A DNA stretch of 45,225 bases from assembly GCA_964630425.1 (NCBI GenBank), contig CAZVVC010000001.1:1-45225 (forward strand), given 5' to 3'. The notes below the pieces were generated by a model. It had not been told where the DNA came from, did no database searches, and saw only the letters and a program-made list of their open reading frames with translations. The DNA comes from an uncultured Bifidobacterium sp. Lineage in GTDB: Bacteria > Pseudomonadota > Alphaproteobacteria > SMXS01. The translations under genes and the position numbers were made by a program. Positions 20,023 to 29,732 of the stretch are shown piece by piece; the first letter of the stretch is position 1, and the number at the start of each line of letters is the position of its first letter.

Positions 20023-21103
20023 GCGTGGGCTCCAGGAACGCGGCCAGCACGTCGGTGACGCCCCGGTTCTCGGCCTCGGTGCCCACGGTCAGGCGCAGGT
20101 GGCCGGGAAAGCCGTAGCCTTCCATGCGGCGCAGATACCAGCCCTTGTCCTTCAGGTAGGCGTCGGCCGCCTGGGCGCGCTCGGGCGTGCCGAAATCGAT
20201 CAGCAGGAAGTTGCCGGCGCTGGGCACCACCGAGAGACCCAGCCCGCCGAGGCGCTGGAACAGCCAGTCGCGCCAGCGGGTGTTGTGGGCGCGGGCCTTG
20301 TCGAAGAACGCGCGGTCCTCCAGCGCGGCGACGGCGGCGGCCTGCGCGGGCGCCGCCACGTTGAACGGCCCCCGCAGGCGGTTGAGCACGTCGATGATGG
20401 ACGGCGCGCCATAGGCCCAGCCCACGCGCAGCGCGGCGAGGCCGTAGATCTTCGAGAAGGTGCGCGTCATCACCACGTTGGGCGCCCAGGACGCCAGCTC
20501 CTGGCCGCTGTCGTAGTCCGGGTCGTCGACGAACTCGGCATAGGCGGCGTCGATCACCAGCACCACGTCCTCGGGCAGGCCGGCGTGCAGCCGCTCCAGT
20601 TCATCGCGCCTGATGTAGGTGCCGGTCGGGTTGTTGGGATTGGCGACGAAGACGATCTTCGTGCGCTCGGTCACGGCCGCCAGCATGGAATCGACCGAGA
20701 CCGTATAGCCGTCGTCCCGGGCGGCCACCGGCGCGGCGCCCACGGCGCGGGCGGCGATCGGGTAGATCAGGAAGCCGTGCTCGCTGTACAGCACCTCGTC
20801 GCCCGGGCCGGCATAGCCGCGGGCAAGAAGCTGGAGGATGTCGTCCGAGCCGAAGCCGCACACCACCCGCTCGACCTCCACCTCGTGGCGGCGGGCGATG
20901 GCCTCGCGCAGCAGGTGCGCGCCGCCGTCGGGATAGCGGTGGACGATCTTCGCCGCATCGGCATAGGCCTCGAGCGCCCTGGGGCTGGGGCCGAGCGCGG
21001 CCTCGTTCGACGACATCTTGCCGACGAAGCTGGTGTCCTTGGACTTGCCCCCCTGATACGGCTCGATGTCGAGCACGCCGGGGCGCGGAACGGGTCCGGT
21101 CAT
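20015..21103 (-). CDS. hisC: Histidinol-phosphate aminotransferase
   Basis: Motifs SSNE, RYPD, ANPNNPTG, DAAYAEF and RTFSKIYGLAALRVGW (PLP lysine). Confidence 0.95.
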   Translation of the reverse strand: MTGPVPRPGVLDIEPYQGGKSKDTSFVGKMSSNEAALGPSPRALEAYADAAKIVHRYPDGGAHLLREAIARRHEVEVERVVCGFGSDDILQLLARGYAGPGDEVLYSEHGFLIYPIAARAVGAAPVAARDDGYTVSVDSMLAAVTERTKIVFVANPNNPTGTYIRRDELERLHAGLPEDVVLVIDAAYAEFVDDPDYDSGQELASWAPNVVMTRTFSKIYGLAALRVGWAYGAPSIIDVLNRLRGPFNVAAPAQAAAVAALEDRAFFDKARAHNTRWRDWLFQRLGGLGLSVVPSAGNFLLIDFGTPERAQAADAYLKDKGWYLRRMEGYGFPGHLRLTVGTEAENRGVTDVLAAFLEPTRV

Positions 21104-21107
21104 GATG

Positions 21108-21911
21108 TTAACCTTTGATCGGGTTGGCGTAGCCGCCGATGACGGCGGCGCTCCTTGCGCCGTGGGCGGCGCGGGCGGCTTCCGGCGCCTTGTCGCCCGT
21201 CCGGTGGAAACCGGGGATGGCGACCAGCGCCGTGCCGCTATGTCGAGCCAGGACGTCGCCGGCCTGTTCGCCGGCGGCGGCGTTCTCGCGGGCGCCGTCG
21301 AGCACCACCAGCGTGGTCTCGTCGCCGCTGTCCTCGCGGGCGTTGGCGACGGCGAAGGCGGTCACGCCCGCGTCACCGCGGGACCCCGCCACGAAAAAGG
21401 GCAGGCGCGCGAAGATCTGCAGGCCTGCCCCGTTCCGGTCGGAGGATGCAAGGCCGCGCCACCAGGACTCGCCGGCGGGATCGAAGGCAAGCACGCCGAT
21501 GGCGCCGGGCGTCGCCGCCACATGGGCGAGCGCCGCCTCCGCGTCCTGCTGGGGCGTGAAGGGGATGTTGACGCCGAAATGGGCGCGCGCCAGATCCCAC
21601 ACGGCGATGCGGTCGCCGCCGCCCCATACGGTCACCGCGATGGGCGACTGGCGGTTGAGGAAGGCGGTCATCATCTCGCGCCACATATGCGCGACGACCG
21701 GGAAGGGCACGTTGCCCCGGTGCCGGGCCTTCAGGCGGCGCAGGATGCTGGCCTCGCGGCCCGGACGCAGGCGCGGCGCGTCGGGCGCGGCGCCGTTCTT
21801 GGCCGCGACCACCAGCTCGCCCAGCTCGGCACGCTCCATCAACAGCGCGTGGATCTTGTCGTCCACGGCGTCGATCTTCTCGCGTATCTGCTCCAGCGTC
21901 GGCTGGGACAT
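21108..21911 (-). CDS. Chorismate mutase (AroQ domain) with C-terminal extension
   Basis: LEQIREKIDAVDDKIHALLMER...RPGREASILRRL. First gene of the chorismate mutase-hisC-tyrA operon. Confidence 0.88.
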   Translation of the reverse strand: MSQPTLEQIREKIDAVDDKIHALLMERAELGELVVAAKNGAAPDAPRLRPGREASILRRLKARHRGNVPFPVVAHMWREMMTAFLNRQSPIAVTVWGGGDRIAVWDLARAHFGVNIPFTPQQDAEAALAHVAATPGAIGVLAFDPAGESWWRGLASSDRNGAGLQIFARLPFFVAGSRGDAGVTAFAVANAREDSGDETTLVVLDGARENAAAGEQAGDVLARHSGTALVAIPGFHRTGDKAPEAARAAHGARSAAVIGGYANPIKG

Positions 21912-21979
21912 GGGTCCTGCGCCCTTGTTGAGGAAGCAGCCATTACTAGTCGGCGCCCTCCCGGAAATCAAAGAAAACA

Positions 21980-22009
21980 TTGACACTCGGAGAAGCCGGA
22001 CCCTAGCTA
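21980..22009 (+). promoter_or_regulatory. Putative sigma70 promoter of metX
   Basis: TTGACA (21980-21985)-N17-CTAGCT, preceded by an A-rich tract. Confidence 0.45.
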
Positions 22010-22061
22010 ATGCCCCGTTCCCGACTATGTTAGCCGGCCATCGACAAGGCCAGACGACACG

Positions 22062-23243
22062 ATGAATTCGACCGCCCTGCCGCACCCGAATTACCTCAGG
22101 GCGCGGCGACAGTCCGGACAGACCGAGGATCCCCGCGGCGACGTGCTGCGGCTGGAGGCGGTGCCGTTCCGCCTGATCTCGGGCGCGGAGCTTCCCGAGG
22201 TGACGGTCGCCTACCAGACCTACGGCACGCTCAACGAGGCCAGGTCCAACGCCGTGCTGATCTGCCATGCGCTGACCCTGGACCAGCACGTGGCGAACCC
22301 GCATCCCATCACGGGCAAGGAAGGCTGGTGGGAAACCGCCGTGGGGCCGGGCAAGATCATCGACACCGACCGCTTCCACGTGATCTGCGCCAACGTGCTG
22401 GGCGGCTGCCTGGGCACCACCGGCCCGAAGGAGATCAATCCGAGGACGGGCCATCCCTATGGCATCGACTTCCCGGTCATCACCATCGGCGACATGGTGC
22501 GCCTGCAGGCCGCCATGCTCGACCAGCTCGGCATTCCGGACCTGTTCTGCGTCATCGGCGGCTCCATGGGCGGGATGCAGGTCCTGGACTGGGCCGCGCG
22601 CTATCCCGAGCGGGTATTCTCGGCGATCCCGATCGCCACGACCGCGCGGCATTCGGCGCAGAACATCGCGTTCCACGAGGTGGGACGGCAGGCGATCATG
22701 GCCGATCCCAACTGGCGCGGCGGCGACTATTACGGCGGCTACGGCCCCAAGGCCGGCCTGTCGGTGGCGCGCATGGCCGCGCACATCACCTATCTGTCCG
22801 AGGCCGGCCTGCACCAGAAGTTCGGCCGCAAGCTGCAGGACCGCGAGGCGCTGACCTTCGGCTTCGACGCCGATTTCCAGATCGAGAGCTACCTGCGCCA
22901 CCAGGGCAGCACCTTCGTCGAGCGCTTCGACGCCAATTCCTATCTCTACATCACCCGCGCCATGGACTATTTCGACCTGGCGGCGGATTACGGCGGCTTG
23001 CTGGCCAACGCCTTCAAGGGCACGCGCACCCAATTCTGCGTCGCCTCGTTCACCAGCGACTGGCTCTATCCCACGGCGGAGAGCCGGTCCATCGTCCATG
23101 CCCTCAACGCCGCGGCGGCGCAGGTGAGCTTCGTCGAGTTCGAGACCGACAAGGGCCACGACGCCTTCCTGCTGGACGTGCCCGAATTCTACGACGTGCT
23201 GCGCGGCTTCATCGGCGCGGCGGCAGAAAAGCGAGGCATCTAG
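22062..23243 (+). CDS. metX: Homoserine O-acyltransferase MetX
   Basis: Motifs [23 protein letters not shown] (Ser nucleophile), RFDANSY, SDWLY and GHDAFLL. Confidence 0.96.
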   Translation: MNSTALPHPNYLRARRQSGQTEDPRGDVLRLEAVPFRLISGAELPEVTVAYQTYGTLNEARSNAVLICHALTLDQHVANPHPITGKEGWWETAVGPGKIIDTDRFHVICANVLGGCLGTTGPKEINPRTGHPYGIDFPVITIGDMVRLQAAMLDQLGIPDLFCVIGGSMGGMQVLDWAARYPERVFSAIPIATTARHSAQNIAFHEVGRQAIMADPNWRGGDYYGGYGPKAGLSVARMAAHITYLSEAGLHQKFGRKLQDREALTFGFDADFQIESYLRHQGSTFVERFDANSYLYITRAMDYFDLAADYGGLLANAFKGTRTQFCVASFTSDWLYPTAESRSIVHALNAAAAQVSFVEFETDKGHDAFLLDVPEFYDVLRGFIGAAAEKRGI

Positions 23244-23920
23244 TGGCGACACGCGAGGTCGACATCCGCGCGCGGGACATCCGCGTCGACCTGCTGGAGA
23301 TCGGCCGGATGATCGAGCCGGGCAGCCGGGTGCTGGACATCGGCTGCGGCGACGGCGACCTGCTCTATCACCTGGTGCACGACAGGCGAGTGGACGCGCG
23401 CGGCATGGAGTTGACCCGCGAGGGCGTCAACGCCTGCGTGGCGCGCGGCCTGTCGGTGGTGCAGGGGGACGCCGACCGCGACCTGGTGGACTATCCGACC
23501 GGCGCGTTCGACTACGCGATCCTCAGCCAGACGCTGCAGGCCATGCGCGACACCCGCGCGGGGCTGGAGCAGATGCTGCGGATCGGCCGGCGCGCCATCG
23601 TGTCGTTCCCGAATTTCGGCCACTGGTCGGTGCGGCTCCAGCTTCTGTTCAGGGGCCGGATGCCGGACACGCAGACGCTGGAATATCCCTGGTACAACAC
23701 GCCCAACATCCATCTGTGCACCATCCGCGACTTCATCGAGTTGTGCGCGGAGCTGGGCGTCACCATCGAGCGATTCCTGGCCATCGACGCGGGCGGCAAG
23801 CGCTCGCGCACGGCCAACTCGACCCGGCGCGCGAACCTGATGGCCGAGCAGGCGCTGTTCCTTCTGGCGTTCAACGGCGAGCGCGACAGCACCGGCGCGC
23901 CGATCTATCGGCCGCGATGA
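23243..23920 (+). CDS. metW: Methionine biosynthesis protein MetW
   Basis: Motifs VLDIGCGDG, ILSQTLQA, VSFPNFGHW and WYNTPNIHLCTIRDF. The GTG overlaps the metX stop. Confidence 0.95.
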   Translation: MATREVDIRARDIRVDLLEIGRMIEPGSRVLDIGCGDGDLLYHLVHDRRVDARGMELTREGVNACVARGLSVVQGDADRDLVDYPTGAFDYAILSQTLQAMRDTRAGLEQMLRIGRRAIVSFPNFGHWSVRLQLLFRGRMPDTQTLEYPWYNTPNIHLCTIRDFIELCAELGVTIERFLAIDAGGKRSRTANSTRRANLMAEQALFLLAFNGERDSTGAPIYRPR

Positions 23921-24546
23921 CCGGCGCGCTGTTCATCGACCTGGACGGCACGCTGACCGATCCCAAGCCCGGCATCACCGGCTCGGTACGCTATGCGCTG
24001 GAGCGGCTGGGCATGGCCTCGGACATGGAGCTGGACTGGGTCATCGGCCCGCCCATGCAGGAAAGCCTGCTCAGCCTGACAGGCACCGAGGCGCTGAGCG
24101 TCGCGGCGCTGGCGCATTACCGCGAGCGTTTCGGCGCCATCGGCCTGTTCGAGAACGCGGTCTATCCGGGCATCCCGGAGGCGCTGATGGCGCTGCGCGT
24201 CTCGGGCCGGCGGATGTATCTGGCGACCAGCAAGCCGCGGGTCTATGCCGAGCGCATCCTCGACCACTTCAACCTGACCGGCTATTTCGACCGGGTCTTC
24301 GGCTCCGAGCTGGACGGCCGGAACGTGCGCAAGACCGACCTGCTGCGCCACGCCCTCGCCGAAACCGGCGAGGACGCCGCGGGTGCGCTGATGATCGGCG
24401 ACCGCGAGCACGACGCCATCGGCGCGGCGGCCAACGGCATCACGCCGGTGGGCGTGCTGTGGGGCTATGGCAGCCACGCGGAGCTGGAAGCGGCGGGCGT
24501 GACGCGGCTGCTGGAGACGCCGGCCGAACTGGCGGCCCTGATCTGA
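23917..24546 (+). CDS. HAD family hydrolase (Gph/5'-nucleotidase-like)
   Basis: Motifs FIDLDGTLTD, ATSK, MIGDREHD and VLWGYG. ATGA overlap with metW. Confidence 0.9.
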   Translation: MTGALFIDLDGTLTDPKPGITGSVRYALERLGMASDMELDWVIGPPMQESLLSLTGTEALSVAALAHYRERFGAIGLFENAVYPGIPEALMALRVSGRRMYLATSKPRVYAERILDHFNLTGYFDRVFGSELDGRNVRKTDLLRHALAETGEDAAGALMIGDREHDAIGAAANGITPVGVLWGYGSHAELEAAGVTRLLETPAELAALI

Positions 24547-24567
24547 AACGGACTCCGCGCGCGGGCG

Positions 24568-25257
24568 TCACGCCCGCGCATAGGCCAGCACGCGGCGGCC
24601 CTTGCCGCCGTTGATGCGGGCCTCGACCACCTTGGCCGCCTCGACCAGCAGCACGCCGGCCATCCTGCTCCACAGCGCGGCGCCGGGCCGCTCGGCCCAG
24701 CGCACTAGGTTGACGCCCGCCGGCGGGCCGTAGAGCGCGCCGCGCCAGCCCAGCGGCTCGAACAGCGCATCGGTCAGCAGGCGGCTCGCCTGGCCCACCG
24801 AATAGGGCCGGCCCTGGCCGAACGGCGTGCGCTCGGAGAACGACCAGGGACTGCCCCGGTGCGGCACCACCATCATGATGCGGCCTTCCGGGCTCAGCAC
24901 GCGCCAGAACTCGCGCAGGAGCTTGCGCGTGTTGTCGGCATGCTCCAGCGCATGGACCACCACTAGCCTGTCCACCGTCCCGTCGGCCAGCGGCAGATAG
25001 TCGTCGTCGGCCAGCGCCGCCCGGTTGGGCTGGCCGCGCGGCCACAGGGCCACGCCCTGCTCGGCCGGCATCAGCAGGACCGCCGGACGCGGCCCTTCCA
25101 GGCCGCGCAGCAGCGGACCCGCATAGCCGAAGCCGGCGATCACACCGCCGCCGAAGTCGGGCCAGGCCTCCATCAGCCGGGCGCGGAGCAGGACCTGGGC
25201 CGTGCGCCCCAGCGCGCTGGCGTAGAATGCCTGAAGCTCGGTGATATCCAGATACAC
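24568..25257 (-). CDS. Class I SAM-dependent methyltransferase-like protein (YafS-like)
   Basis: VYLDITELQAFYASALG...GFGYA...VHALEH...WRVLSPEGR...TPFGQGRPYS. Divergent from gloB, its usual position. GTG start at 25257. Confidence 0.85.
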   Translation of the reverse strand: MYLDITELQAFYASALGRTAQVLLRARLMEAWPDFGGGVIAGFGYAGPLLRGLEGPRPAVLLMPAEQGVALWPRGQPNRAALADDDYLPLADGTVDRLVVVHALEHADNTRKLLREFWRVLSPEGRIMMVVPHRGSPWSFSERTPFGQGRPYSVGQASRLLTDALFEPLGWRGALYGPPAGVNLVRWAERPGAALWSRMAGVLLVEAAKVVEARINGGKGRRVLAYARA

Positions 25258-25306
25258 GTGCCAGCCGCACCTTCCCAATGCCCGATGTCGGGACTATCTT
25301 AGCCCC

Positions 25307-26071
25307 ATGCTTGAGATACATCAGATACCCGTCCTGTCGGACAATTATGTGTACCTCGCCCATGACGTGGCGACGGGCAAGACGGCCGTGGTCGATCCGG
25401 CCACCCACGAGGAAGTGTTCGAGGCGCTGACGGAGAAGGGCTGGACCCTGACCCACATCCTCAACACCCATCACCATGCCGACCACACCGGCGGCAACAT
25501 GGCGATCAAGGAGGCGACCGGCTGCACCATCGTCGGCCCGCGCGCCGACCGCGAGCGCATCCCCGGCATCGACGTGGAGGTGGGCGACGGCGACACCTAT
25601 GCGCTGGGCGAAAGCGTCGCCAGGGTGTTCGACGTGCCGGGCCACACCCGGGGCCACATCGCCTTCTGGTTCGAGAATTCGGACGCGCTGTTCTGCGGCG
25701 ATACCATGTTCGCCCTGGGCTGCGGCCGGCTGTTCGAGGGCACGCCGCAGCAGATGTGGACGTCGCTGTCGAAGCTGCGCGCCCTGCCGCCCGAGACCCA
25801 GGTGTACTGCGCCCACGAATACACCAGGTCAAACGCCGCCTTCGCCGTCACCGTCGAGCCGCAGAACGGCGCGCTGGTCGCCCGCAAGTCCATGATCGAC
25901 GACATGCGCGAACGGGGCGAGCGCACCGTGCCCTCGACCCTCGCCGAGGAGCTCGCCACCAACCCGTTCCTGCGCCCGGACAGCCCGGATCTGCAGGAAA
26001 CGCTGGGCATGGTCGGCGCCCCGCTGGTCGAGGTGTTCGCCGAGACGCGGCGGCGGAAGGACAATTTCTGA
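25307..26071 (+). CDS. gloB: Hydroxyacylglutathione hydrolase (glyoxalase II)
   Basis: Motifs SDNYVYL, THHHADHTGG, PGHTRGH, GDTMF-x2-GCGRLFEG, CAHEYT and TNPFLR. Confidence 0.96.
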   Translation: MLEIHQIPVLSDNYVYLAHDVATGKTAVVDPATHEEVFEALTEKGWTLTHILNTHHHADHTGGNMAIKEATGCTIVGPRADRERIPGIDVEVGDGDTYALGESVARVFDVPGHTRGHIAFWFENSDALFCGDTMFALGCGRLFEGTPQQMWTSLSKLRALPPETQVYCAHEYTRSNAAFAVTVEPQNGALVARKSMIDDMRERGERTVPSTLAEELATNPFLRPDSPDLQETLGMVGAPLVEVFAETRRRKDNF

Positions 26072-26106
26072 GGCTGTGTTAGCATGGCGCTGACAGGAGG
26101 CTTCCC

Positions 26107-26364
26107 GTGAACGATCTCAGCAAGCTGCCGCGCGATCTGCAGGACTACATCGACGGCAAGGTCCAGTCCGGCGAGTTCGACCGGGAACTCGATGTCATCA
26201 CTACCGCCCTGGCCGAGATGAGGGAACGCGACCACGAGGAAGACATCGAGGCTTTCCGACGCGAGATCGACATCGGCATCGCCGCCGCGGAAGCGGGCCA
26301 GTTCAGTGACCGGACCGTGATACAGATCGCCGACGATACGCGGCGAAAGATGCAGGGCAAGTGA
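26107..26364 (+). CDS. ParD-like (RHH, CC2985-type) antitoxin
   Basis: 85 aa acidic protein with YIDGKVQSGEF...DVITTAL...EIDIGI. SD AGGAGG. GTGA overlap with the toxin. Confidence 0.8.
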   Translation: MNDLSKLPRDLQDYIDGKVQSGEFDRELDVITTALAEMRERDHEEDIEAFRREIDIGIAAAEAGQFSDRTVIQIADDTRRKMQGK

Positions 26365-26672
26365 CCACGGCCTATCGGCTTGCCGCACCTGCCGAAGCCG
26401 ACCTGGAAGACATCTATCGCTATACCGCGGACGCTTGGGGTTACGACCAAGCGCATCGGTATCTGGCCGAGCTGCAGCAGCGGTTCGTCGAAGTCGCCGA
26501 CAATCCGCTGTTGGGGCGCGACCGTGGCGATCTGCGCCGCGGGATCAGAAGCCGCACGGCCGGCCATCATGTGATCTATTACGCCATACTGGATGGAATC
26601 GTCGTCATCCTGCGTGTCATGCACCCTCGGCAACGGATGGATAGATCAAGGCTCACAGGTCGTGGAAAATAG
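26361..26672 (+). CDS. ParE/RelE family toxin
   Basis: YRLAAPAEADLEDIYRYT...WG-x2-QA-x2-Y...NPLLGR...HVIYY...ILRVMHPRQ. Confidence 0.9.
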   Translation: MTTAYRLAAPAEADLEDIYRYTADAWGYDQAHRYLAELQQRFVEVADNPLLGRDRGDLRRGIRSRTAGHHVIYYAILDGIVVILRVMHPRQRMDRSRLTGRGK

Positions 26673-26697
26673 AAAGGGCGGCCGAGGCCGCCCTTTC
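26672..26697. terminator. Bidirectional intrinsic terminator between the toxin gene and phbB
   Basis: GAAAGGGCGGCC-GA-GGCCGCCCTTTC, a perfect inverted repeat with A/T tracts. Confidence 0.8.
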
Positions 26698-26717
26698 GCA
26701 TTCTCTGAAACCCGCGA

Positions 26718-27443
26718 TCAGCCGGCGATGTACTGGGCGCCGTTGATGGTGAGGGTCGAGCCGGTGACGAAGCCGGCGTCGTCGCCGGCCAGGAACAGCA
26801 CGCCGCGGGCGATGTCGGTGGCTTCGCCGAGGCGGCCGACCGGGATCGTCGCGATGATGCTCTCCAGCACCTTCTCCGGCACCGCGGCGACCATCTCGGT
26901 GTTGATGTAGCCCGGCGCGATCACGTTGACGGTGATGCCCTTCTTGGCCGTCTCCTGCGCCAGCGCCTTGGTGAAGCCGATCATGCCGGCCTTGGCGGCC
27001 GAGTAGTTGGTCTGGCCCATCTGGCCCTTCTGGCCGTTGATGGAGGTCATGTTGATGATGCGGCCGAAATTGCGCTCGCGCATGCCGTCGATCAGGTGGC
27101 GGCACATGTTGAACACCGAGGTCAGGTCGACGTTCAGCACGTCGTCCCACTGCTGCTTCGACATCTTGTGCAGCATGGCGTCGCGGGTGATGCCGGCGTT
27201 GTTCACCAGGATGTCGACCGGGCCGAGATCGGCCTCGACCTGCCTGATGCCTTCGCCGCAGGCGTCGAAATCGCCCACGTTCCACTTGTAGACCGCGATG
27301 CCGGTCCGCTTCTTGAACTCGGCGGCGGCGTCATCATTGCCGGCATAGTTCGCGGCCACCTTGTAGCCGGCGTCCTTCAGCGCGATCGAGACCGCCTCGC
27401 CAATACCGCGGGTGCCGCCGGTAACCAGCGCAACACGTGCCAT
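26718..27443 (-). CDS. phbB: Acetoacetyl-CoA reductase
   Basis: Motifs TGGTRGIG, NNAGITRD, SINGQKGQMGQTNYSAAKAG and TLTINGAQY. Downstream of the thiolase. Confidence 0.96.
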   Translation of the reverse strand: MARVALVTGGTRGIGEAVSIALKDAGYKVAANYAGNDDAAAEFKKRTGIAVYKWNVGDFDACGEGIRQVEADLGPVDILVNNAGITRDAMLHKMSKQQWDDVLNVDLTSVFNMCRHLIDGMRERNFGRIINMTSINGQKGQMGQTNYSAAKAGMIGFTKALAQETAKKGITVNVIAPGYINTEMVAAVPEKVLESIIATIPVGRLGEATDIARGVLFLAGDDAGFVTGSTLTINGAQYIAG

Positions 27444-27497
27444 CTGTCGTCTCCCTGGGTTCTTCGGGGGGTATAGGGTTTCTTGAGTTTTTTATAT

Positions 27498-28673
27498 TCA
27501 GTCGCGTTCGACGGTGAGCGCGATGCCCATGCCGCCGCCGATGCACAGGGTGGCGAGGCCTTTCTTGGCGTCGCGCTTGCCCATCTCGTGGAGGAGCGTG
27601 ACCAGCACTCGGGCGCCCGAGGCGCCGATCGGGTGGCCGATGGCGATGGCGCCGCCGTTCACGTTCACCTTGGCCGGATCCCAGCCCATGTCCTTGTTGA
27701 CCGCACAGGCCTGGGCGGCGAAGGCCTCGTTGGCCTCGATCAGGTCGAGGTCCTCGACCTTCCAGCCGGCCTTCGCCAGCGCCTTGCGGCTGGCCGGGAT
27801 CGGGCCGGTGCCCATGATCGCCGGATCGACGCCGGCCTGCGCCCACGAGGCGACGCGGGCCAGCGGCGTCAGGCCGCGGCGCTTCACTTCCTCGCCCGAC
27901 ATCAGCACCAGGGCGGCGGCGCCGTCATTGATGCCGCTGGCATTGCCGGCGGTGACCGTGCCGTCCTTGGCGAAGGCGGGGCGCATGCCGCTCATCTTGT
28001 CCAGCGCGGCGTCGTGGCGGATGTATTCGTCGTCCGACATGACCACGTCGCCCTTGCGGCCCTTGATGGTCACGGGAACGATCTCGTCCTTGAACCTGCC
28101 GGCCTTCTGGGCGGCCGAGGCCTTCTGCTGCGAGCCGACCGCGAACTCGTCCTGCTGCTCGCGGGTGATCTGCCACTGCCTGGCGACGTTCTCGGCGGTG
28201 TTGCCCATGTGATAGCCGTTGAAGGCGTCCCACAGGCCGTCCTTGATCATGGTGTCGATGAAGTCGAGGTTGCCCATCTTCACGCCGGCGCGCAGATAGG
28301 CGGCGTGGTTGGCCTGGCTCATGCTCTCCTGGCCGCCGGCGATGACGACGTTGCCGTCGCCGTTGCGGATCGCCTGGGTGGCGAGCGCCACGGTGCGCAG
28401 GCCCGAGCCGCACATCTGGTTGACGATCCAGGCCGAGACCTCCTGGGGAACGCCCGCGGCCATGGACGCCTGGCGGGCCGGGTTCTGGCCCTGGCCGGCG
28501 GTGAGGATCTGGCCGAGGATCACCTCCTCGACGTCGGCGCCTTCCACATTGGCGCGCTTGAGCGCCTCGGTGATGGCGACCTGCCCCAGATAATGCGCCG
28601 GAACGGTGCCGAGCGTGCCGTTGAACGAGCCGACGGGCGTGCGGGCGGCGCTGACGATATAGACTTCAGTCAT
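27498..28673 (-). CDS. phbA: Acetyl-CoA C-acetyltransferase (beta-ketothiolase)
   Basis: Motifs [23 protein letters not shown] and [16 protein letters not shown] precedes ATG 28673. Confidence 0.96.
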   Translation of the reverse strand: MTEVYIVSAARTPVGSFNGTLGTVPAHYLGQVAITEALKRANVEGADVEEVILGQILTAGQGQNPARQASMAAGVPQEVSAWIVNQMCGSGLRTVALATQAIRNGDGNVVIAGGQESMSQANHAAYLRAGVKMGNLDFIDTMIKDGLWDAFNGYHMGNTAENVARQWQITREQQDEFAVGSQQKASAAQKAGRFKDEIVPVTIKGRKGDVVMSDDEYIRHDAALDKMSGMRPAFAKDGTVTAGNASGINDGAAALVLMSGEEVKRRGLTPLARVASWAQAGVDPAIMGTGPIPASRKALAKAGWKVEDLDLIEANEAFAAQACAVNKDMGWDPAKVNVNGGAIAIGHPIGASGARVLVTLLHEMGKRDAKKGLATLCIGGGMGIALTVERD

Positions 28674-28747
28674 GGTTGTCTCCTTCGGCTGCGGCGGCCG
28701 TTCCGCCTCGATTCGCGGTCCCGGAATTGATCGCGCGGACCTTATAG

Positions 28748-28803
28748 TGCAGCGCGGTAGAATCAAGCGGTTTTCGGGAACATCGCCCTTGCGCGCCGCA
28801 GCA
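28748..28803. promoter_or_regulatory. Candidate PhaR boxes between phbA and phaR
   Basis: TGCAGCGCGGTA (28748-28759) and CGCGCCGCAGCA (28792-28803) resemble TGC-N3-GCA-type PhaR sites. The GC-rich background weakens this match. Confidence 0.4.
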
Positions 28804-28873
28804 TGAACGCGCAAGATATTGAAAAAATTACGGTCGCAGAATGCCGTCAAATGCTCGGTTGGGGGAGCACGCT

Positions 28874-29509
28874 TTGAATCCGAAGGAGCGGAAGATCAGC
28901 AAGTCGACGGAATCGCAGGCAGGCGCGCAGGGCGGGGACAAGCCGCCGATCGTCATCAAGAAATACGCCAACCGACGCCTGTACAACACGGCGACCAGCA
29001 GCTACGTCACGCTCGATTACCTGCGCGAGATGGTGAAGCAGGGCGACGACTTCGCCGTGTTCGACGCCAAGACCGGCGACGACATCACCCGTTCGGTGCT
29101 GGCGCAGATCATCTTCGAGCAGGAATCCAAGGGCGAGAACCTGCTGCCGATCAACTTCCTGCGCCAACTCATCCGCTTCTACGACGACGCGCTGCAGGCG
29201 GCGCTGCCCAAATATCTCGACATGAGCATGGAGCGGTTCACCCGCGACCAGGAGAAGATGCGGGAGTATCTGGTCAACACCTTCACACCCAAGGCGCCGC
29301 TCGCCCGGTTCGAGGAGATGGCGCGCCAGAACATCGCCCTGTTCGAGCGCATGTTCAACATGTTCTCGCCCTTCGGCGGCCCCCAGGACGCGGCCGCCGA
29401 GGCGCCCGCGAAACCCGAGGCCAAGGACGACACCGAGGAGTCGCTGGCCCAGGTGAAGGCCCAGCTCGATGCGCTGCAGAAGCAGCTCGAACAACTGTCG
29501 AAGAAATAG
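28874..29509 (+). CDS. phaR: Polyhydroxyalkanoate synthesis repressor PhaR
   Basis: Motifs [12 protein letters not shown]-x2-[19 protein letters not shown]-x-QII and [11 protein letters not shown]. The start is uncertain: TTG 28874, ATG 28841 or ATC 28895. Confidence 0.95.
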   Translation: MNPKERKISKSTESQAGAQGGDKPPIVIKKYANRRLYNTATSSYVTLDYLREMVKQGDDFAVFDAKTGDDITRSVLAQIIFEQESKGENLLPINFLRQLIRFYDDALQAALPKYLDMSMERFTRDQEKMREYLVNTFTPKAPLARFEEMARQNIALFERMFNMFSPFGGPQDAAAEAPAKPEAKDDTEESLAQVKAQLDALQKQLEQLSKK

Positions 29510-29732
29510 ACCGACCCCCCCACAAGTCGTTGTAGTAATGGGTGTGTCCGGGCACGAGCGGACACCAATTGCCCCCTTTCCGGACGCAGTTCAGGCCGAA
29601 AAAGCTTGCACCTTCGTTCGTGAACGACTACTTCCCGCCTGCCCGCCAGAATCGGGGTCTAGCAAAAACCCGGGCTGGCGGGCACGGCAAAGCCGCCGTT
29701 CATGCGCTAACTACGCAGGGCAAAACTACATA

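Noticed and set aside
21912-22061. SAM riboswitch expected upstream of metX
   Set aside because: I could not match SAM-II or SAM-SAH features by eye, and the predicted leader is short. An Rfam scan would settle it.
29684-29730. c-di-GMP-I riboswitch-like words (GGCAAAGCC, GGGCAAAA)
   Set aside because: The elements are in the wrong order and the GNRA-tetraloop/receptor stems are absent.
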